Notes under the pieces: generated by a model
Databases searched by the model: none
The model's input: the letters and a program-made list of their open reading frames with translations, nothing else
Told to the model about the DNA's origin: nothing
Shown here: positions 8,049 through 16,400 of the stretch, piece by piece
How the letters are laid out: every line of letters starts with the position of its first letter
How positions within the stretch are numbered: position 1 is the first letter of the stretch
Position numbers and translations under genes: made by a program
IMG/VR virus record: IMGVR_UViG_3300037359_000088
Location: 1-37,225 of that record
Direction: 5' to 3' (one strand)
Source: a virus
Taxonomy: Duplodnaviria; Caudoviricetes
Length of the DNA stretch: 37,225 nt

Positions 8049-8252
8049 GTGAGTACATTGAGCGATTCGCTCGGAGTAGCCAAGGACGCGAAGATCGTTC
8101 GGCAGCATGAAGCCATCGACCGTCGAGAGGCTGCCGCCCTGGTCGTGACCGGTAAACCGATCACTCCGAGGCAGCGTAAGCTGCTCGGGATCAAAGGCAA
8201 GGAGCCCTCTGCGTCCGAAATACAAAAGGCCCGCAAGCTTCTCGGGGTCTAG
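8049..8252 (+). CDS. Small basic protein on the opposite strand between protease and capsid genes
   Basis: GTG 6 nt after TAAGGT with TTGCAA upstream; fills the intergenic gap; its TAG overlaps the protease TAG in CTAG 8249-8252; K/R-rich. Confidence 0.55.
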   Translation: MSTLSDSLGVAKDAKIVRQHEAIDRREAAALVVTGKPITPRQRKLLGIKGKEPSASEIQKARKLLGV

Positions 8253-10813
8253 TCGTCGTCGAGACTGAGCGTCAGAGCCTGGAAGGCCAAGATTTCATCC
8301 ATGGGCAGACCCTTGATGCCCTTGGCCTGAACCGCCTGAATCGGAACACCCTCTTCGTCATTCCCTGACACGACGTTCTGAGGCAGGCCGAAACTTGCCG
8401 GGACAACACCCTCCTGAGCAAGCACGGCCTGGATCGAGGCGTGTGCGGCCTTCAGCTTGTCCATGTCGAACTCAGGGGCGACTTCCTCGGCCGGGGCCGC
8501 CACCGCCTTGGCCTTCCACTGAAGCACCGCTACTGAGGCATCGGCGAGATCACTCAGCACCTGGTCGGGGTCAAATGCCTTGCCTGCCGAGTGGAACCGA
8601 GCCCCACCCAAAACCGACTGGCGCTGACGCACCTGATCCAGCAGCGACGGCTTGCCATTTTGGCCAGGGTTCGCCGGGTCGCTCGGGCCGCTCTGGTTCG
8701 CCGTGAATCCGGCATTCTGCTTTGCCGGGTCATCGGGCTTGGTGTCGGCATCCGCGTTGTCATTCACCGTCGGCCTGCTCAGGTCGGCCGGATTGGTTGC
8801 CTTCGTCTCACCCTCTGGGTGGCTGGCCGTGCTGAGGCTGCCAGGTCCGTTACCGGCGGCGTTCTGTAGCGGCGGCTCGTCGGCGAGCGCCAGCGTGCCA
8901 GGCTGGTGAGCCGGGATATCAAGCGCCGGGGCTGGCTGGTCGCCGAGCTGGTACGAGTCCGGCATTGCCACCCCAGCGATCGGGCCAACGGTCGAATCGC
9001 CGAGGTTCATCCAGTCGGTGCTCACACCAATAGCCGTAGGCGTGAGGTTGCCAGCGTCGTCCAAGTAGTACGTTCCGGCCACGACCGCTGGCGCTGGCTG
9101 GTCACCAGCGTGGTCCAGGTAGGACGAACCGACCGGCGTCACCGTTGGCGGGTTCGTGAAGTTGTTGCCAGGACCAGCACCACCCTCAGGCATCGTGTCC
9201 ATGATGTTGTCGAGGTAGCTCGGGTCACCCGCTGCCGGGATCATGCCGCCGCCAACACCCATCTTACTGATCTGATCCTCCGTGAGGCCAGTGGACGAAA
9301 CATCCTGACCAAACGCACGATCGAGCAGGAGGATACGGCGGCGAATCCGCGTCGCGTTCTTCTGCCCGTAGGCGATCGTCTCCTCTAGGCTCAGCACCTG
9401 CAGAGCCGGGCCAGCATTGACGCCAGCAGGCTTGACCACGGCGACACCCGTGATATCCACAGCCGCAGGGGTACCGAAGGTGTAGCTGTCATTCGCCGTG
9501 TCACGGGTGTACGGCACCTGCCAAAACTCCTTCTGGCGCGGTGCGCACGGGTCGTCATTGTCGCCGCTGTACCAAACGCCGAGAATGACGTGGTCAGGGT
9601 AGGTGGCCTCGATCCAACAACCGGCGTCGAGCAGCATCGGCACCTGCCCAGCGAACCACCGCTGCGCCATGTCGTTAAGATCGTCGGTCGTGTCCTCATA
9701 CGATCCCTCAAGGCAGACGTGAGCCTTGCTCTGGAGCGCTGCGCGCATCGACTTGGTGGTGGACATCTGAAGGTTCTCCTTCCAGACTTGAGTCTGGCTA
9801 TCTGCTGCGTCGGACTGTTCTCGTGCGAGTAGGGCGGCCTCGTGTGACTGCGGAGGCCAGTTGTTCGTGACCGGGGTCACTTCTGGATCGTCAGCGCTGT
9901 GGCCATGGGCGTGAGTGACGTCAAACCCGTCAGGCAGGCCGGGAGTGCCGTGGCCGTAAGAACCGGCCTTGCCGTGAGTGTGGGCGTGGTCGTGCGTGCT
10001 GTCACCGTGGGCGTGCTCATGGGAGTGGTCGACAGCCTTAGTCTGACGATCGGCGCCTCCATCCTTCTTCCACGGCGGGGCGGAAGCCTTCGGCTTCCAG
10101 TCGGAAGCGACGACACCGGAACCGCTGCAACTCTTGCAGGTCACGTTGCCGTTGAGGATCTTGCCGGTGCCGTCACAAGTCGGACATACCTTCTTGCCAT
10201 CTGCCGGATCTTTCGCCGCGGCCGTCATAGGCCCCTTGGCCTTGCTCTGCACGGCGGCGAGCAGCGGAGCGAAGCGCTTGATATCGGTCGTGCCGGTCAG
10301 TGGGGCGGCGCCGAACAAAACCGGACTCATCTCGAAAAGCGTCAGCGCGGAGATCTCGCGGATGCCGTGCGAGTTCATCTTCGACTGGCCGGAACCAGGA
10401 GAGGTGCAGTCGTAGCCGATCGACCATTCGCCCTGATCGCCGTAGAACGCCACGTCAGAGTAGGCATCCCGGCCGCGCTCAGTGCCCATGTTGAACTGAA
10501 GACGCGCCTTTAGACAGCCTGCTCCGACTTGATTCAGACGAGCCGGGAGCCGAGGATCGCCAGGCATCAGCTCCTCGGCGGCCAGGACCTTGCCGACCGG
10601 CTGGTCCCAAGAATGGTTGAACACGACCTTCGGCATCCGCTTGGTCAGCGTGGCGCGATAGGCACCAGGCAGGATGATGTCACCGACTTCGTCGATGATG
10701 TTTGTCACCGAGACGATCGCCTCAACAATGCCCTTGGCCTCGTCGACAATCTTGGTCTCGGTCTGTGGGCCGTTGAGCCGCTTCTCTTCGAGCATCATTT
10801 CTGCGGTTGGCAT
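8249..10813 (-). CDS. HK97-family prohead protease with a long C-terminal extension (Zn finger, His-rich tract, scaffold-like region)
   Basis: GIVEAIVSVTNIIDEVGDIILPGAY, VFNHSWDQPVGK, WSIGY, LFEMSPVLFGA; then CPTCDGTG/CKSCSGSG and HSHEHAHGDSTHDHAHTH. Confidence 0.9.
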   Translation of the reverse strand: MPTAEMMLEEKRLNGPQTETKIVDEAKGIVEAIVSVTNIIDEVGDIILPGAYRATLTKRMPKVVFNHSWDQPVGKVLAAEELMPGDPRLPARLNQVGAGCLKARLQFNMGTERGRDAYSDVAFYGDQGEWSIGYDCTSPGSGQSKMNSHGIREISALTLFEMSPVLFGAAPLTGTTDIKRFAPLLAAVQSKAKGPMTAAAKDPADGKKVCPTCDGTGKILNGNVTCKSCSGSGVVASDWKPKASAPPWKKDGGADRQTKAVDHSHEHAHGDSTHDHAHTHGKAGSYGHGTPGLPDGFDVTHAHGHSADDPEVTPVTNNWPPQSHEAALLAREQSDAADSQTQVWKENLQMSTTKSMRAALQSKAHVCLEGSYEDTTDDLNDMAQRWFAGQVPMLLDAGCWIEATYPDHVILGVWYSGDNDDPCAPRQKEFWQVPYTRDTANDSYTFGTPAAVDITGVAVVKPAGVNAGPALQVLSLEETIAYGQKNATRIRRRILLLDRAFGQDVSSTGLTEDQISKMGVGGGMIPAAGDPSYLDNIMDTMPEGGAGPGNNFTNPPTVTPVGSSYLDHAGDQPAPAVVAGTYYLDDAGNLTPTAIGVSTDWMNLGDSTVGPIAGVAMPDSYQLGDQPAPALDIPAHQPGTLALADEPPLQNAAGNGPGSLSTASHPEGETKATNPADLSRPTVNDNADADTKPDDPAKQNAGFTANQSGPSDPANPGQNGKPSLLDQVRQRQSVLGGARFHSAGKAFDPDQVLSDLADASVAVLQWKAKAVAAPAEEVAPEFDMDKLKAAHASIQAVLAQEGVVPASFGLPQNVVSGNDEEGVPIQAVQAKGIKGLPMDEILAFQALTLSLDDD

Positions 10814-10819
10814 AAGCCC

Positions 10820-10849
10820 ACACTGGCCGACCCGGAGGTTCCTAGCGCG
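10820..10849 (-). promoter_or_regulatory. Candidate late promoter CGCTAGGRA-N13-SANNNT, copy 3 (leaderless)
   Basis: CGCGCTAGGAA-CCTCCGGGTCGGC-CAGTGT-GGGCTT-ATG; no RBS before the protease ATG. Confidence 0.55.
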
Positions 10850-10866
10850 TGACGAGTCTTACATGC

Positions 10867-11448
10867 TTACATGCTGGCTTTGGCTACTACACGCTTTCTG
10901 TCATTTGCCCTGCGCTCGCGCCAGAAATCCCGGACGCACCCTTTATGCCAATCCTGCCGTCCGCTCGCTCGCGCCCTGTTCTTGCCGAACTGATCAAACG
11001 GCAAGAACTCGCAGCACCGGGAACACCAGGCCGTACCCTCTGGCCCGAGGTGGATCTGGGCTCGGGCATAGTGGGCTCGCTCTTTGCGACGGGGTTGGTC
11101 GTCGCCATGTCGTCGGACGACTTCCCGGGTGGCCCAGTCCAGCTCTTGGACTGTCGGCGGCGGAGTAAGTAGGGAGGTCAGCGCGTTGAGCGCGAGAGGT
11201 GGATTGAGCCGGGCACGCATAAGCAAGACGACTCCCTCGGCTCGGCCTTGTCTCACCTCGAACTGTCGGTCCACGATGCCGTGCTGCAGACGCATCCGGG
11301 CCGTCTTGACATCGCCCTGGTCAACCTCCAGAACTGCTGCCAGCTGCTTCACGGTGACAAACGGATAGAGCACGGCCGTCAGCACCGCCAGGAACACCTC
11401 GGCCCGGCCGATGGCGTGAAAGGCGGAGGCGGCTAGAGCCAGATCCAT
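10867..11448 (-). CDS. Putative DNA-binding protein (HTH-like N-terminus plus Zn-finger-like C-terminus)
   Basis: VTVKQLAAVLEVDQGDVKTARMRL; WCSRCCEFLPFDQFGKN...GRQDWHKGC. Confidence 0.55.
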   Translation of the reverse strand: MDLALAASAFHAIGRAEVFLAVLTAVLYPFVTVKQLAAVLEVDQGDVKTARMRLQHGIVDRQFEVRQGRAEGVVLLMRARLNPPLALNALTSLLTPPPTVQELDWATREVVRRHGDDQPRRKERAHYARAQIHLGPEGTAWCSRCCEFLPFDQFGKNRARASGRQDWHKGCVRDFWRERRANDRKRVVAKASM

Positions 11449-11493
11449 ACGCTCGTGAGCTTACAAGTGTAACTCTGACCGTGTCAATGACCG

Positions 11494-12033
11494 TTAGCCA
11501 GTCTTGGCCAGCTCCTCAGGATCGACCCATCCCTCCAGGTACTCTTCCTCAGGATCGACCCATCCCTCCAGGTACTCTCTCGTCCGGGTGCCGAACAAGA
11601 GATTCAGGTCATAGCTCGTATCCGGAAACAGATCATTGGCGTCGAGCCCGCCGTATGCGCTGGGCCGAGGGACGTGGCCGTGGAGCAGGACACGACCGGC
11701 GTCGGCGATCCGCGTATACCCAAGCCAGGTCCACATTGTGCTGTCCACATCGTTATATCCCAGCCCGGCGCCCCAGTAGAAGTGCACCTGATCGGGCTCG
11801 CACCCGCCCAGTACCATCCGACGGCAGATGAGCCGGAACCGCTCGTACTCTCCCAGGCGCCAGAACCAGTCCCACTCCCCGTGACCCGGTGAGCGAGACC
11901 GGCCGTCCCGGTCCCGGTAGCGCCGACCCGGGCGCGTAAGCACCGGACAGGTATAGAGCATGGACTCCGCCCAGTCGACGGCGTCGACGATGTCTCTCTG
12001 AGCGGCCCGGCGGTGAAGGCTGATGTCGGTCAT
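11494..12033 (-). CDS. Hypothetical protein (179 aa), leaderless
   Basis: ATG 7 nt after TGCTATAAT (12049-12041). Confidence 0.65.
   Translation of the reverse strand: MTDISLHRRAAQRDIVDAVDWAESMLYTCPVLTRPGRRYRDRDGRSRSPGHGEWDWFWRLGEYERFRLICRRMVLGGCEPDQVHFYWGAGLGYNDVDSTMWTWLGYTRIADAGRVLLHGHVPRPSAYGGLDANDLFPDTSYDLNLLFGTRTREYLEGWVDPEEEYLEGWVDPEELAKTG
11513..11578. repeat. Perfect 33-bp tandem duplication (EYLEGWVDPEE x2)
   Basis: tcctcaggatcgacccatccctccaggtactct at 11513-11545 and 11546-11578. Confidence 0.95.
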
Positions 12034-12040
12034 ACCACCT

Positions 12041-12049
12041 ATTATAGCA
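12041..12049 (-). promoter_or_regulatory. Extended -10 promoter TGCTATAAT
   Basis: Consensus TGnTATAAT 7 nt before ATG 12033. Confidence 0.75.
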
Positions 12050-12067
12050 TCCCGGGCGTTGGGCCGC

Positions 12068-12196
12068 CTATTTCTTGGGCGGCGGTTCCGGGATCGGGTG
12101 ATCAGGGGGCTTCATGCCCATAAGCACGGCCAAGGGGTCGGACTCGGTCTCGAACCACTTCTCAAACGCTGCGTCGAAATCGGTGTCAGCACTCAT
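12068..12196 (-). CDS. Small ORF 7 of the post-toxin operon (42 aa), candidate immunity peptide
   Basis: MSADTDFDAAFEKWFETESDPLAVLMGMKPPDHPIPEPPPKK*; ATGA overlap with the upstream stop at 12193-12196. Confidence 0.55.
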   Translation of the reverse strand: MSADTDFDAAFEKWFETESDPLAVLMGMKPPDHPIPEPPPKK

Positions 12197-12498
12197 GGCT
12201 TGAAAAGTACCTTCGTCCCTGTGTCCTTAGGAGCGCCAGGTGCCATGCCGCGTGGCCAGCACGCGACAGCGCAGTTCGTCCAGCCGGTCAGGTAATCCAT
12301 CGGGTCGTAGCCCAGGAGCTGAGGACGGCGAAGCAGGCAATCCAGCTCCTCGGGTGTGCAAGTGATTGTGCCGCGGCGACCGCCGCGCCGGATGATCGTA
12401 CCGAGCTTCGTCCAGGGCGTCCCGTTGTTGACGGCCCAGACCTCCAATGACTCGGAACCCTGCGGGATCGGAGGGGGAGTCTTCGTAGGTTCGGCCAT
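12193..12498 (-). CDS. Small ORF 6 of the post-toxin operon (101 aa), candidate immunity protein
   Basis: RBS GAAGGAG before MAEPTKT... Confidence 0.6.
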   Translation of the reverse strand: MAEPTKTPPPIPQGSESLEVWAVNNGTPWTKLGTIIRRGGRRGTITCTPEELDCLLRRPQLLGYDPMDYLTGWTNCAVACWPRGMAPGAPKDTGTKVLFKP

Positions 12499-12520
12499 TA
12501 TGCTGTCTCCTTCCTGGTCC

Positions 12521-12691
12521 TCATGTGACAATGGTCCCGTCGGGGTTCGTGATCGTTATGTCGCCAGGCTTCCAGACAAAGCGCTCAGCGATCCGCTTAG
12601 CCTTTTCGTCGTCGGTGAGCGCGGCCTCCTGCGTGGCTGCAGCCAGCTTATCGGCCCCGATTTGTTCTGGTGTCTTCTTAGGGTTTGCCAT
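12521..12691 (-). CDS. Small ORF 5 of the post-toxin operon (56 aa), candidate immunity peptide
   Basis: MANPKKTPEQIG...RFVWKPGDITITNPDGTIVT*; GGAG RBS; 14-nt overlap with the upstream ORF. Confidence 0.6.
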   Translation of the reverse strand: MANPKKTPEQIGADKLAAATQEAALTDDEKAKRIAERFVWKPGDITITNPDGTIVT

Positions 12692-12830
12692 GGCTCTCCG
12701 TTCCATCCTCGTACTCCGTATATCCGCCATCGAGGCGGTCATGAACGGCTTTGATCTTCGGGAACGCACCTTCGTCCCTCAACTTGGCGTCGCTCGCCTT
12801 CACTGCCTTCGACAACTCTTCGGGGGTCAT
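12678..12830 (-). CDS. Small ORF 4 of the post-toxin operon (50 aa), candidate immunity peptide
   Basis: MTPEELSKAVKASDAKLRDEGAFPKIKAVHDRLDGGYTEYEDGTESHGKP*; ATGA overlap at 12827-12830. Confidence 0.55.
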   Translation of the reverse strand: MTPEELSKAVKASDAKLRDEGAFPKIKAVHDRLDGGYTEYEDGTESHGKP

Positions 12831-12988
12831 GATGCGCTCCAGTCAATGTCGCCGAAATACTTGTCGACCAACCTGGTTACCTCCGCCTGCTGCGTAGCGT
12901 TGGCAGGAGGCTCGTTGCTCGGCGGCGCCGTGGGCAGCGGATCGAGTGAGAACGTGTCAACGATGCAGGTCGCCGGGTCTGGCTTCAT
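12827..12988 (-). CDS. Small ORF 3 of the post-toxin operon (53 aa), candidate immunity peptide
   Basis: MKPDPATCIVDTFSLDPLPTAPPSNEPPANATQQAEVTRLVDKYFGDIDWSAS*; ATGA overlap at 12985-12988. Confidence 0.55.
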   Translation of the reverse strand: MKPDPATCIVDTFSLDPLPTAPPSNEPPANATQQAEVTRLVDKYFGDIDWSAS

Positions 12989-13215
12989 GGTGACACCTTA
13001 CCAGGGCTAGGCGTATTCAGGTCCTTGAGCAACTGTACGAGCGCGGCCGGGAGGTCGGCGGGAGGATCGTTCCAGTAGCCCAGGTTCGCCAAGGTGCCAG
13101 CGTTCTTCGGCTCGTAGAGCCAGTCTTCGTCGGCGTCATATATCGACGCGGTGCCGTCGTCATAGTCGACCAGGTACTGGTCGTCCCCCCTAAAGCCGGT
13201 GACAGTGATAGTCAT
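12985..13215 (-). CDS. Small acidic ORF 2 of the post-toxin operon (76 aa), candidate immunity protein
   Basis: ATGA overlap at 13212-13215; Asp/Tyr/Trp-rich. Confidence 0.65.
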   Translation of the reverse strand: MTITVTGFRGDDQYLVDYDDGTASIYDADEDWLYEPKNAGTLANLGYWNDPPADLPAALVQLLKDLNTPSPGKVSP

Positions 13216-13436
13216 GGCAGCACCTGGACTGTGTCCGGGTCGACGTCGTAGTCGTTTATCGTGTGCTTGTCATAGTCGATGCCAGCCAGCTCGACGTGAA
13301 CGTGACGAATCACGTACTCGCCGGTCTGCCACTCGTCAAGCCCCTCGTAGGTGGGCAGGGCCGGGTCAGGGTAGTCCTCCTTGTTATTCGCCATCGCCTC
13401 ATCGTAGTCAGCAAGGCGCCCTCTGGCCCTCGTCAT
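13212..13436 (-). CDS. Small acidic ORF 1 of the post-toxin operon (74 aa), candidate immunity protein
   Basis: RBS AGGAGG 6 nt before the ATG; follows TGCTATAAT; D/E-rich. Confidence 0.65.
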   Translation of the reverse strand: MTRARGRLADYDEAMANNKEDYPDPALPTYEGLDEWQTGEYVIRHVHVELAGIDYDKHTINDYDVDPDTVQVLP

Positions 13437-13459
13437 CTTCTGCCTCCTGTCCTAACCTC

Positions 13460-13468
13460 ATTATAGCA
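13460..13468 (-). promoter_or_regulatory. Extended -10 promoter TGCTATAAT for the small-ORF operon
   Basis: 3 nt after the giant gene's stop codon, followed by AGGAGG and ATG. Confidence 0.8.
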
Positions 13469-13471
13469 CAT

Positions 13472-16400
13472 CTAGCTCGATTCTACCACCTTGACATCGT
13501 TCACCCACCTAATCTGACTGTCATCGCGCCGGTGGTTGCACTTGTTACAGGATGGGAGCAGATTAGCGATCTTGTACCGCCCACCCTGCACGTTCGTGAA
13601 GATCTTATCCTGAGTCAACGACTTCGGGGTAAGGGTGACTCCGCACCAGACGCAAGGACAGGTCGTACCATCGCCAAACTCGGTGAGCAGCTTCGCCGTG
13701 CGACGGTGCCGGTCTGTATTGTTGCCCCGCTTCTCTCCGCCTGCGCGCTTGCTGTGGGCTAGGTCATACGCGTTCGACGCCCGGTCAGCATCCGACGGCA
13801 CCGGGGCGGCGGCGATCTTGTCGGCAGCCTGTTTCGCTATTTGGCTCTGGTCCCATGGAGCGAGCCGGGCCGACGCCTGGATGCGCTCGGGCTCCTTAGG
13901 GGTATTGATGATCGAGTCAAACGGCACCTTCTGGACACTCAGGTTCGGCGCCGGGTCCCACTTCCACTCAATGCCAGCGGCATCGAGCTTGTCCGTGATC
14001 GCCTTGGTCGGCTTGGCGCCGCTAAAGTAAACTTTCTGGATGTCGCTGAGCTGCGGGCGGTCGGCAAACTGGACCTCGACATATTTGCACTGACGGCCAT
14101 CCGAGTAGTCGAGACAATACGGTGGCCGTGGAACGGCCTTGCCGATCGGCACCCTCGGGTCAGCGGTGGCTGCGAGCTTGGCCGGTACACCCAGGAGTCG
14201 ATCGTCCAATGAGTCCCCGCCAGTTACCGTCGCCATGTCAAGCGTCGAATCCTTCATGACCACCTCGACGTCGCCGTACTGACAGGCCCGGAACTCCCGG
14301 TTGGCGTAACTCACGACCGTGTCAGCGTTCAGATTGCCATGACCATCGCCGAGCGAGTAGTACCGAAGCTTAGGCATCCTCGTGGCGTACCGATCAGTAT
14401 CCCAAGGCTTCCGGAGCGCATCACGCGCCTGCGCATCAGCGTATCGCGTTCTCAGGTACTCCCGACTGACCACGTCGATATAATCGCCTTCACCGGCGTT
14501 CATCGACGACGGGGTTATCTCGATGAGCCATCCGTCCGGGTCGGCGCGAATGGCGTCAAGGTCGCCCTTGTTAGTGGGAAGGTAGTCAAGCGCCGATTGC
14601 ACGTCATCCGGGTTGTCAGCGTGCAGGAAGTCACCCGCACCTTTCGGGGCAAGGAAACCGTAAACCGGGCGCTCTGTGGCGGCGGCCGTCTTCGGGATGC
14701 CGAGAGATGACTCCTCACCCTGGAGACGCACGTCGTGATACCACGGCTTCGCCGACATGGAGGTACCGCCTCCGGTCTCGAAGCCGTTCCGGATCTCACC
14801 ATCATCGAGCACCTTCTTGAATGCGGCCGCTTTCATCCGAATCGCTGGGTCGGTCTGAGCCATCCAGGTGGCAAGCGCTTCGCGGGCCTTACCTTGACGT
14901 TCAAAACTCGACTCCGGGTCCTCAGCCGCCCAGTTGTTGCCCAGGCGTTCGCCGGTGGGCTGGAACCCCGATGGGTAGTCAGCAGCCGTAAGGCCACCCC
15001 GATCAGCGTAGGGGATCGGGTGAGGCTGCTCGGCGGTCGGGAAATCGTCGGCCAAGGGAGTACCATCCTTCGCCCATCCGACTGGCGGCAGGGCGGCGTT
15101 GCGTGCGATCGTCTCTTCCAGCGCGCCCGGTACCGCCTGAGACGCTTCCTGAACAGCACTCACGGCCGTTGCTAAGCGATCCTGGCCGACCTTTGCTACC
15201 GTGCCAACCGCTGCAGCCTCAGCTTCGGTTGCTCCGAGGTCACCGACCTTGGCCGCCTCGACTACCGGCGTGATACGGGACGGAGTGAGCAGACTCGGGT
15301 CACAAATCGTGGTTTCGGGGAACTTATTACCAGGTGAGATGTGACTCACGCCTTGGTATCCGGCCTTGTCGAGCGCCGCGTCGAGTGGTTCCTTGTCAAT
15401 CTGGGCCTGGAGCTGGATGCGCCGATACTCGGCGTCACCGCCCGGCAAATCGCGGTTCAGGATATTGATGCCGTCGCCCGCGTGTACTGTAACACTGAGA
15501 ACCTCGTGGTCGGCCTGCCAGGTGGACATGTGTGTGGCATACTCGTTGTCGGCGGCGAGGTACACGCCCGGTCCGCTCTCGCCCATTTTCGACGGCTTCA
15601 GACCATTCTTCAGGATGTCCGGCACGTAGTAGCTGGCCGTCGTGTGATAGTAGGTCTGGTCGCCGGTAAGGCGCGTCGTCCAAGCGTCGGCAGCCATAAC
15701 GGCCTTTTCTGGGGCAACAGGTGGGATCAGGGCCGAGTGGCCGGACACTTTCTCGTAGCCCAGATATGTCAGGTGCACGGTGCCGTCGCCGTCCACCGAC
15801 TCGACCCGGAACACAGACCCGCGGGGGAGCAAAAACTCATCCTCGGCGCTCTTGATTCCGACGTCGTTCATCACCACGCCTGGTGTCCCGGCTGGCAGGT
15901 CGATGACCAGCTTCGTCTTGTCGAACGCGGTGAAGCCCTCAACGTCTCTCGACGTCGACACGTACGCCTTGTCTCGGAACGTCTGGCCTGGCTTCCCCTT
16001 CCAGTTCTTGTGCTCAATCCACCGGACAACCGTCATCGGTTCGTCGGTCGTATCCTTCAGGACAGCCCGGTCCAAGGTTGGCACTTCATCCAGCGCCCGC
16101 CATCCAGGCATCGCCTCCGCATCTTTGGCCAGGGTCAGACCCTTACGCAGCGAACTGTTTATCCGGGTGTAGGCCGCCTGCTGGTAGGCGCCCAGAGCGT
16201 GGGTCTCTTCGGCATCATACTCAGGAGCCAACTTGGCGGCGCCCGCCTCCACAACGGGATTCTTGATTACGACGATGTTCTTCGGATCGAACACGACCAG
16301 GCTCGACCCGGTGCTGATACCGTCGTAACCCTCCTCGGTGGCCAGCTTCTGGACAAGAGCGGGGTCCAGCCTTGGCTCCGTCTGGCTGGCCGAAGCCCAA

